Origin: Batkoa obscura | Lineage: Eukaryota | NCBI GenBank assembly: GCA_030770535.1 | Contig: JASVEC010000016.1 | Span: forward strand, 992,001 to 1,056,000 | Direction of reading: 5' to 3' | Length of the DNA stretch: 64,000 bases | Shown here: in pieces, positions 53,573 through 64,000 of the stretch | How positions within the stretch are numbered: the first letter of the stretch is position 1 | How the letters are laid out: every line of letters starts with the position of its first letter | Position numbers and translations under genes: made by a program | Notes under the pieces: generated by a model | What the model was told of the DNA's origin: nothing | Databases searched by the model: none | The model's input: only the letters and a program-made list of their open reading frames with translations

Positions 53573-54999
53573 TATAACAAAATGAATTCTTAATAATAAT
53601 TTTAATGCTTAACTGACCATTTTCATATTAAAATTAGAAGATGTAAAGTATCATTCATTATTAAATCCTATTGTATAACACAAGTACAGGATTTGACTTC
53701 TTACAGAAAACATTGAGCTATGGTATTAACTAAACAATAGTTAGGATGGGATATCGTTAATTAATATTTTTAAAGAAATTAAATATTATAAAGTTTTGTA
53801 TTTTCCCTAATAGCTGTATAGTATAGAAAGTAGTAAAACAATAATGATAATAAAAGTATATAGCATAAACTATAAATCTTTCGTAATATTAGTTTATAAA
53901 TTTCAATAGTTTATTAATACAAACAAATTATAAAATAGTAATCTAAAGTAGTTATAAATTTATTTGACTTTTTAATCTTGATTTTATAATGAATGTATTA
54001 TGTTGATAAAATTAATGAAAAGTTATTAGAAGTTAAACTGGATAGTAATTATCTAATTCCTTTCAAAGTGAACTTTATAGAATTTAATGAATAAAATCAA
54101 ATTATTCACTGTAAACCCAAAAAACCGAAATTCAGTAAAATTCAGTAATTTTTTAATACCAAAAATCAATTGAATAGTTCTTATATGATAACTATATTAA
54201 TAGCTTAATTATATAAATTAGCATGTTGATCTTTTTGCGATCTATTGTAACATTTATAGCCAAATCTTTATTTCACTTTAACATAAACTGTACATTAGTA
54301 TCTAAATAAATCAATTTAATATACTATTTACTTTTTAGTCTAAATTCTTTGACACTATACTATTATAGGCTTTATGTTAAAACATAATATAGTTTTAAAT
54401 ACTTGAATTGATATATTTAAAAGTAATCTAGTTTTATAGTATAAAGATTGAATACTCCGAATTGTAAGCTTAGTTCAAAAGGAATGTTTCAAAAAAAGCA
54501 TTATGTTCTTTATATTATATTATTATTCGTCTTTTTTTGTTTAAATATTATATTTATATTATAAAATCACATGCTCAAAAAAGTAAAGTAGAATAAACTA
54601 AACCAATAAAATCTATAGCTGCCACTTTGATTTTACAGTTCGATTTTACTAAATTAATTAATAAGTGACATTTAATTCTAATTGAGGTAACATGTATTGG
54701 ATGAGATCATTTTTATTATTGTATAAATTGGTAGCTTGTTATGAACCTCTATATAGCTCAACTACAAATATCCGCAAAGTCTGAGGGCAGCTCTGACTTT
54801 CAGGATGAGCCGAGAATTACTAACATTTATTTTAAAGACTTAAAAAGTCATATTTGACATTAAGATCTAAGCTATGCTTAAACATTATTTGCTATCTAGA
54901 TCTCAGCCAATGAAGAACCAGTACCAAGTTTACCAGCTATAAAGCTCAAAAATTAATTTTGTTTTGGTTTATTTATTTTTATCATTACTAACTAAAAGA

Positions 55000-56930
55000 A
55001 TGACAAGTATAACGAATGATAATGGAAGCCTTGGTAGCGTTATTGCTCAAGCATTAAATAACTCATGCGACCATTGCCGATTACGTAAGATAAAATGCGA
55101 TAGTGGTAAACCACGATGCTCTTATTGCGTTAGAAAAGAATACGAGTGTACCTATTCAATCAATAAAAAGAAACAAATATTTTCTGGTAACACACTTACG
55201 CTTTCTTTGAATCAACTTGAAGATCGTATAAAAGGCTTAGAAGCCTTATCTCAGCAAATTTTAGAGCGTCAAGAACATCTGAACCATCAAAATTTGCCAA
55301 CTACTGCCAATCCTCCTTTAAATATGAATTTAAGCAGCTTTACTGATTTAGGAAGTACCTCTTCTATGCTTTATTCGGAAGGGAATATGGATCCAATAAA
55401 TCAAGATCTAGGATTTCAGTTTAACGCGCTTAATTTAAATGGCAATAATTTAGGCATGAATCCTGATAGTATATTTAATCAACAGGTAGCAGGATATCAA
55501 TTTCAAACTAATTTTTATGCTGGAGATCCTTTAAGTGTTAGTGAATTAAGACGCTTTTTGTTACTTAGTTATAAATCTAAAGGAGAATTTAAAGGTTTTG
55601 CAAATCACCACAAACAAATATTGATAAAACTGTGCATGTCATCTGATTTGGTAATGAGTGCCTTCTGTGCTCTTTCTTGTGCACATGCCTCTTTCCCTTT
55701 TTTAGATGCTACGCCCACCACACGACGCCGGCTTATTGACCATTTTTTAAATCACGCTAAAGCATTACTTGTCCAAGAAGGATATACCAACCCTTCTGTT
55801 TATGTCGTTCAAGCTTTAATATTAATTTCGATTGTGGAATACGAAAGAGGTCAATTTTCTAGATCGATCATGTATGTCCAATCTGCTTTAAGGTAAGCCT
55901 AATTTATGATTAACCAATTATTTCAAATTAAATGAACTATTCTAGTATGGCATATATATTAGGAATTCATATGATTGATGAGAAAAGATTGGGATGTATT
56001 ACATTTGAGGATGCAATAGCCAGAAAAGTTTGGTGGGAAATATTTACTATGGATAGCTGTGCTGCTTTTATGCTTTATGAAGAAGGAAATATCATAGATA
56101 GAGGATTACCCGTAATGATGGCAGATGCCCATGGTCATTCTCTTGGATTTACTTTACATGAGTTAAATTTATCTCATATTGAACCTTTTCTTTTAGATTT
56201 AGATTCATCTTGGAGACTTCTTCCAGTTATGAGACTTAAAATGAGTGATTTGTTAAGACGAGCCCATAACTTGACCGTAATGGCTTCAAAATCAACTGAT
56301 CAAGCCTCAAAAGATAAGTTAGAACCATTGTTTTTAGAACTTAGAATGGATTTAGCTTATTGGTCAAGGTTTGCTTCCCCAAATCCCTTTATCAGTGATA
56401 TAAATCAAAACTCGATTGTTGGTGGTACAGGGCTACCAACTTCTCCAGGGGACCATCCATCTACTCAAGCATCAGGTGTTCTTTTGTTTAATTGTGCTTA
56501 TATATTAGCCTATTGTCCAACATTATATTGGACACATGAAAGAATAACACAAGAGAAAGGCAATGAAATTCCAGATTCATGTGGGGTAGCAGCAGGATAT
56601 TTAATCTGTGGTATTGATTTAGCTAGACCAGAAAACCCAAGGGGGGAACGCTGGCATCAGGTGCTACCATTCTTTTCTTACATCGGGTGTTTAGCGTATT
56701 ATCGTCTTTTTACAGCTTATCCACATAATAAGGAAGCACGCGCCACTGCCTCTTCTCAATTTGAGTTATTGTACTTAGAATTAGCTAATTCTATACGTTA
56801 TTTCCCAGTAGCAGATCTATTTATGGCTAAATTAAGGCCATTTAGGAATGCTATCAATGAATCGTTCACAGAATTTGACTCAAGTGAGTTAGTATTTGCT
56901 ACTAGTAGTCCAAGTGCTAATATGGGTTGA
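55000..56930 (+). CDS. Zn(II)2Cys6 transcription factor with fungal middle homology region, one intron
   Basis: CDHCRLRKIKCDSGKPRCSYCVRKEYEC; SALR|MAYILGIH; RKVWW. Confidence 0.93.
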
Positions 56931-57627
56931 TGGGCGTTCAACTGTATTAATACAATTTTCGATGAAGATAGCAATACAATTACTTTGAACTAAGATTATA
57001 AATTAATAAGAGTTTTGAATTTTCGTTTTATGGCTATTATTTTGTTTTTCCTTAATATTAAGTGTATATTAAAAATGAACCCCTTCTTTTACTTTCAAAT
57101 TTTTATAGTTTATAATTTATAATTTATAGTTTGTAGTCAGTATAACTTTATTTGCATATTAAATCATATTTATAAATTATAGATTTATTCTTATTTTTAA
57201 ATTAAACTAAATTGTTTAAATGCAGTTATTATTTAATTTAATATCTTCTTTAATACAATAAAAGTATACAAATCAAGGATTTTAAAAGAGATGATATATG
57301 CTACTTTATTGATTATACTTAAGCTTTAAGTTTGTTTTAATAAATGAAAGATTAATAAAAGACTAGACTATTTATGTTATTCTATTAAAATAGTTTCTTT
57401 TTTAATTTAAAATACCACAAATAGTTTAAACAGACTTTGTACAATTCTTAATACCAAAGCTTACGCATTTAATAAACAAATAATAATGTATTTCTATAAT
57501 AGAATTGGTAGACAATTTTAAGGTTACAAGTCAATATAGAATTTAATTTAAAAATTTTACAAAAATAAACGATATGTATATTTAAAAAGAGGCAAAATTT
57601 TAAACCAATGCAATAAACCTTTTGAAG

Positions 57628-58781
57628 TTATTGATGAGAAGGATGTTGAGAAGAGTGTTGAGATTGCTGTGAATGTTGAGGAGGGTGTTGAGGAGGATGC
57701 TGAGGAGGGTGTTGAGATGAGTGCTGAGGAGGGTGTTGAGGAGGGTGTTGAGATGGATGTTGAGCTGGAGCATTATGTTGCTGTGGTGGCATACTCATCT
57801 GAGGGTTATGAGGATGGGAATAGTATCCGTTGTGAGCTGGCGGGTATTGTCCGTATTGTGGCATAGGTGGCGGATAATTAGGATAAGGTGGTTGATTTGG
57901 ATGAGGAGGTGGAGGGCCCTGAGGGTGACCCATATAAGCATGGTGAGGATGTTGATATGGGCTAGGATGTGGATAATTGGGATTATTCGTAGCTGGATAT
58001 GTGTTTCCTGGAGGTGGAGGTTGATAAGAAGTTGTTGGATATCCAGAATGAGATTCTGCAGGGTACTGACTATGAGGTGGAGGGTTACTACCTTGATTTG
58101 GTTTTTTCGCTTCAGGCTCCTCTCTCTTTGACTCAGGTTGAATTTTTGCTTGGACTACTTTTTTCTAAAAATGTAAATACAATCAACTTTAACTAAAATT
58201 ATTTACTTCTTGTGGTTTAGGCTGAATACGAGCTGATTCATTGCCTCCACCATAGGAAGGTGGATCATCACTGTTTTCACCGCCTGACTCGTCCTTTGGT
58301 GGCTCATCTGGAGTATTAAGGCAGCTTTGAATAAGGTTTTTACCTTCAGCTTTTGTGACCAAAGGTTGGAGCTTGGGGGTAGTAAAAGTATACACCAATC
58401 CAGTTTCAGAAACCACTAATAACAAAACTTGGGTTCCAGTAAGAGTACTCAATTCATAAGCCTTAAACTATTAGCTTAATTACCATATATTTAAATTTAT
58501 TATACCTTTTTCATGATACCAGCTTTACGCTTTGAGAAGGTAATATGTCTACGACTTTTATCTTTAATATACTCAATCTTAATCTTTCTCCTTCCAGCTC
58601 TTTTGCGCTTTGGTTTTGCGACATCTTCTTCTTCTTCATCATCTTCTTCTTCTTCAACTTCCGAGCCAACTTTATTCGAAAATTGAATCTCACCCCCTTG
58701 TGACTGGCCAGATGGGGCTTGGTTATAGTTAAAGTTGTTAGGATCAGGATATTGTTGGGCGTTAGGGAGATTATTTGCCAT
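57628..58781 (-). CDS. MCM1: MADS-box transcription factor, SRF/Mcm1 type, 3 exons
   Basis: GRRKIKIEYIKDKSRRHITFSKRKAGIMKK|AYELSTLTGTQVLLLVVSETGLVYTFTTPKLQP; Pro/Gln/His-rich tail with QHPP repeats. Confidence 0.94.
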
Positions 58782-59903
58782 ATTATCTAGTCAAAACTAA
58801 GTCAGTCTTAATATATTAAGCTAAATTATTCTCATTATGATTAAAATGGTAAATCTTTACTTACCAAACAAAACTTGGGAGTATATGACTAAACAGGGAG
58901 TTGTTATATAAAAGGAAGTAATAAGCTATTCAAATTGCTTTGATTAAGGTGTTTAAAAAAGGAATGTCCAAATTTATCATCTTTTTATACCCACTTTCTT
59001 ACTTTGAGCTAAGCTTAATTTTCAATTTTTGAATTAAAATAACGAATCATAATCCATAAAATAAAAATGATTGGATAAAAATCAAATAAGCTTTATGCTA
59101 CTTTTAGCAATGAAGTTTTCATAATGTTTGATATTTCTTATATAGTAAAACAAACGGTTTAGCAGACCATCAATACTTGAAATGCAAGCCAGATTTAGGA
59201 AGGTAATTGGTTGATTAAGTATTTCTTAAATTTCTAAAGTCTATTCTATTGGACAATCGCCTATTTGGAGCATTAAATAGATTTAAGGAACATAATTTTC
59301 CAATTTTAAAAGAATATTTAAATTTAGAAATATGACGGAATTGATTAGTTCAAAAATATCAAGTCTTTTTTGATTTGTCAGTTCGAGTAAAATATAAAAT
59401 GATATTTAAATGCAATCAATTCGAGGATAAACTTTATATTATTTACGAAATGAAAAAGGTTGATAAATACTTCACTACCACTTCATCTCTCTTAAAAATA
59501 TTTGGAATTAAAATAATTGTATTATTTTAAACTTTTAGAATTGATGCTTTTAAAGTTAAAGTTAAAATAATAGTATTGAGTGGATTTTTTTAATAAATGT
59601 TCAGGAACTGCGTATGCTAAATTTAGAACCTATTTTCAAGATCCTATTACATATGGTCATTATTACTTATTTAGATAATTCTATTGGTTTATTGAAACAT
59701 GTAATAATCACCTGGTCTAAAGCTTATCGAAAAACATGAACAAATAATACCTATATTTAACAAATAGTTTTTCTAAATTTTACTGTTGAGGGAATCCTAT
59801 TAGCTATAAATTCCTTTAATAAAAGTGGTTCTTATGAGTATAGTTTTCTTTTATTAATTTGGGCAAAGATCAATAAATTTTAATAATAAATATTTAAATT
59901 ATA

Positions 59904-61064
59904 TGGGGTTGTCTGAATTAGTTTGATTATTTTATCCAATTTAAATATTTTGTATTTTAAAAATTTCGCTTAAAACTCTATAAATCAAATCTTTTATTAA
60001 AACAAAAGTACACAGACACAGTTCTAAATCATTCTATTATAGTTTATCCCATAAGTTAGTTTGAATTTCTACTAGATCTTAAATACATATTCTTATAAAA
60101 CTTTATTGAGAAATATTTATTATTGACTACTTTATAACCAACATTTCAGATTTGTTATCAAATAAATAAACTATTTTAATGTTATAATTACATTATTAAT
60201 ATATTCCCAAGTTGACAAATAGCTACATGGGAAGGAGCGATTAGCCTTAAAACTATAATTAACTATCCCTATATAGTACAAGTAATAATAGTTTTTACAT
60301 ATTACCACAGCTACTTGTTCTTTGACTATTTATTAACTTAGCTACTAATAGCTTAAGTAATCTTAACACTTAATAATATATTTCTATCATTCAACAAACT
60401 ACTTGCTTAGTAAATATCGAAATTTTTAAATTGTCTGTTATCTTTGTAAGGTAAGCTGGGATCGATCTTTTAATTTTTCTGTTTTCTATAGACTCTATAA
60501 CTTTAATTGGAACTATGTCGCTTTTTTTTGATGTATCGATACTGGATAACAATGTAGTTTATTGTTATGTTTAACAAAGTGTAAATATTTCTTAACATTT
60601 TGTATCTTTAATATCCTTTTTGTATCTTTGTTTAAAAGCTAGTTATTATACAACTTTTGTTATTTAATTTTTTAATAGTTTCATTAAGTGTATTTTTTTG
60701 AGTATCAGTACAGAATTTATGTAATTTGTATAGTTTTTCTTTGAGAATTCCTTCTATCTGTACTTTGTTTTTTATTGCTGTATTTATTTTATTTTCAAAT
60801 AACTTTTTCCTAACTGTATACTGTATACTGGGCACATATATTACATAGATCCGTTTTTCTTGCTGCATTTTTGAAATTACTTGGTATATATTTAAAGAAC
60901 GTTGACCTAGCTACTGCTTTATCTCTTAGATCATTCAAATATTTACTGTATATCATCCTTCTACTTTTATTTAATATATATATATTATCTGATGAATATT
61001 TACTATCATTATTTTTTTTATTAAATCTTGATGGAATTATTTGAATCATTTAGTAAATATTGTA
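59904..61064 (-). mobile_element. Partial inverted copy (3' part) of the 1.87-kb TIR element
   Basis: Begins TA|TGGGGTTGTC; reverse complement of 61774-62933; ends at the TA adjoining the full element. Confidence 0.88.
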
Positions 61065-62933
61065 TGGGGCTGCCCTAGTTGGTTTCAGAATTTATTTAGA
61101 AATTAATCCAAATTTAAAAATTTTAAATTTGTGTCTAATATGATGGTTAAATCTAAAAAGCCTATAATTAAATCTCTCTATTCAAAACTTATTCTTTGTT
61201 CAAATAAAAATAAAATGCAGACTTTCATAACTAAACTTTCGAAATGGAATTTTTCAAAATTTCAATACAATATTAATATAGGGGAGGAGTAGTACACAAT
61301 ATAAACATTATAATTCATTTATATCAATTTTAAGAGCTACCTATACCAACCCAGGGTTTATGGAATTTTACAATAAAACGAAACAAAGAAAAGATATATT
61401 ATCAAAGTTTACTATCAATACATAATAATAAACTTAATCAACAATGTATAAAATTAGTGTTTTGAGGGAAACAGGAAATAAAAATCAACAAGTAGCGTTA
61501 TTATCAACTATAGCTTCAGTATATTCTTTTGATGAATGTAAGAGTTTTAGGTTTAATATAAACAGAAATCAATATGGTGGTGTTTTTTTTGGGTTTATCA
61601 CTTTTCCATTTTTAAGCGCTATTTGAGTGAGAAATTTATTAGTAAAATTCTTAAACACAAAAATACATCCCCATATGATTATTCAAAAATAAGTAATAAT
61701 AATAAAATATCAACATTACAACCTATTATTAAAAATACAAAAAAAATTAAAGATGACCAAATTGAAACTATCATACAATATTTACTAAATGATCCAACTA
61801 TTTCATCAATATTTAATAAAAAAAATAATGATAGTAAATATTCATCAGATAATATATATATATTAAATAAAAGTAGAAGGATGATATACAGTAAATATTT
61901 GAATGATCTAAGAGATAAAGCAGTAGCTAGGTCAACGTTCTTTAAATATATACCAAGTAATTTCAAAAATGCAGCAAGAAAAACGGATCTATGTAATATA
62001 TGTGCCCAGTATACAGTATACAGTTAGGAAAAAGTTATTTGAAAATAAAATAAATACAGCAATAAAAAACAAAGTACAGATAGAAGGAATTCTCAAAGAA
62101 AAACTATACAAATTACATAAATTCTGTACTGATACTCAAAAAAATACACTTAATGAAACTATTAAAAAATTAAATAACAAAAGTTGTATAATAACTAGCT
62201 TTTAAACAAAGATACAAAAAGGATATTAAAGATACAAAATGTTAAGAAATATTTACACTTTGTTAAACATAACAATAAACTACATTGTTATCCAGTATCG
62301 ATACATCAAAAAAAAGCGACATAGTTCCAATTAAAGTTATAGAGTCTATAGAAAACAGAAAAATTAAAAGATCGATCCCAGCTTACCTTACAAAGATAAC
62401 AGACAATTTAAAAATTTCGATATTTACTAAGCAAGTAGTTTGTTGAATGATAGAAATATATTATTAAGTGTTAAGATTACTTAAGCTATTAGTAGCTAAG
62501 TTAATAAATAGTCAAAGAACAAGTAGCTGTGGTAATATGTAAAAACTATTATTACTTGTACTATATAGGGATAGTTAATTATAGTTTTAAGGCTAATCGC
62601 TCCTTCCCATGTAGCTATTTGTCAACTTGGGAATATATTAATAATGTAATTATAACATTAAAATAGTTTATTTATTTGATAACAAATCTGAAATGTTGGT
62701 TATAAAGTAGTCAATAATAAATATTTCTCAATAAAGTTTTATAAGAATATGTATTTAAGATCTAATGGAAATCCAATTAACTTACAGTATGAGCTATAAT
62801 AGAATGATTTAGAACTGTGTCTGTGTACTTTTGTTTTAATAAAAGATTTGATTTTATAGAATTTTAAGCAAAGTTTTTAAAATACAAAATATTTAAATTG
62901 GATAAAATAATGAAACTAATTTAGACAGCCCTA
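61065..62933 (+). mobile_element. 1.87-kb TIR DNA transposon with decayed transposase-like ORF
   Basis: Imperfect TIRs TGGGGCTGCCCTAGTTGGTTTCA and revcomp TAGGGCTGTCTAAATTAGTTTCA; TA on both sides; ORF remnant 61444-62205 with RSTFFKYIP...RKTDLCNIC. Confidence 0.8.
61575..61673 (+). mobile_element. MITE copy nested in the large element's ORF
   Basis: TGGTGGTG...CATCCCCA; TA/TA; removing it plus one TA restores the frame NRNQYDYSK. Confidence 0.93.
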
Positions 62934-63849
62934 TATTTTAAATAATGTGCTATCTTCATTATCTTAACACTTAATTCATATTATTTTTAAATAATTTTAT
63001 TAATCCAAAGCTAATAGTAATATCAAAAATTTCACTTTTGGAATAACTCAGAATCCAAAAGTCAATTCGAAATCCTTGTTTGATTTAAGCTTGGTGGGGA
63101 GGTTTTTAATTCATTTATGTATTTGACAAGCAACCTCGCCATTGGATTCAAAAATTAGCATTTCAACCAAATATTCTGAAGTTAAATTTAGTGTTGACTT
63201 TTTATTTACTATACTATAAATAATAAGTGCAAGCTTGTCCAATTAAGCTAACTTTATAATTTGAAGCTGTTTTATTTTCAAAAACGATTAATAAAGTAGG
63301 TAGTTTTAAGACTTTGTGGTGGTTTTAAAATCAAACCAAACCACTTTAACTCCATAACTGGCAAAATTTAAAGCTTAAGTTTAAAAATCTAATCCATTTT
63401 TGAAATAAATCAAATGATCTAAATTGCAGATGCATTTAAATAACGATCAGTTTATTTCAAAATCAGCCTCTGATTTCATTTTCCATCCCTACTAATTATA
63501 CGATACATTTTTAGGGATTCTGGAGTAATTAGGAGCTTCTTAATGGAAAATAATTTCAAGAATTAAAATCTATTGTAATTTTTTGTTGTTTTTAGTCAAT
63601 TTTAAAGCAAAAAGAATTAAAGATTATATTTGACTGTATTATTTTGATACACCACTATAAGAAATTCAATTGTTAAATTTACAGATCATTTGGTATTCTT
63701 GTTATATTTTGAATTTTATAGGTTTCTAATACTGCTAAATTTAAGAATTTGTTTTTTAAAAAAAGGTCGTTATTATTTTCCCAGAAATTTCAATCTAAGC
63801 CAAAAATCGATCATTTATGCTTTTTGTGTTGGACTTAAAACAACATTAA

Positions 63850-63950
63850 AGGTGATGTTTTTTTTATTTTATTACTTTTTCTATTTTTTAAGCACTATTT
63901 AAGCGGAAAGATTGTTAATAAAATTCTTAAACACAAAAATACATCCCTCT
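63850..63950 (+). mobile_element. MITE copy, termini eroded
   Basis: Core TTTTTTAAGCACTATTTAAGCGGAAAGATTGTTAATAAAATTCTTAAACACAAAAATACATCCC. Confidence 0.85.
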
Positions 63951-64000
63951 ATAAGTTTAAATTCTTAGATATATTTTATGATTTATCAAAATCTAAAAAA

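Noticed and set aside
57669..58196. Plus-strand ORFs of 65-136 aa
   Set aside because: Antisense shadows of the Pro/Gln/His-rich MADS-box exon
59130..59205. Possible autoregulatory CArG boxes upstream of the MADS gene
   Set aside because: No exact CC(A/T)6GG; near matches are uninformative in AT-rich DNA

Overview
Very AT-rich eukaryotic nuclear DNA with short GT-AG introns (about 40-100 nt). Gene content points to an early-diverging fungus, plausibly Entomophthoromycotina/Conidiobolus-like (inference from composition and gene set, not from a search). The window holds 18 apparently intact protein genes: Ypk1/Gad8 kinase, secreted tyrosinase, ankyrin-AAA+ Skd3/CLPB, Slt2-type MAPK, CUE protein, CAND1, Kgd4, Ctr copper transporter, a CAMK-like kinase, eL43, alternative oxidase, RasGEF, ornithine aminotransferase, NC2-beta, Sdh3, a Zn2Cys6 factor, an SRF/Mcm1 MADS factor and orphan ORFs. 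It also has two tRNAs, a tRNA-Pro relic and several pseudogenes (type IIC P-type ATPase, MFS transporter). The most striking structure is a DNA transposon system. About 20 copies of a ~100-bp TGGGG...CCCCA MITE carry 2-bp target duplications that are mostly but not only TA. A related 1.87-kb element with a decayed transposase-like ORF forms a 3-kb inverted repeat with a partial copy of itself. The most striking gene is an intact animal-type Skd3/CLPB orthologue. Exon boundaries were read by eye; multi-exon genes are given as start-to-stop spans.
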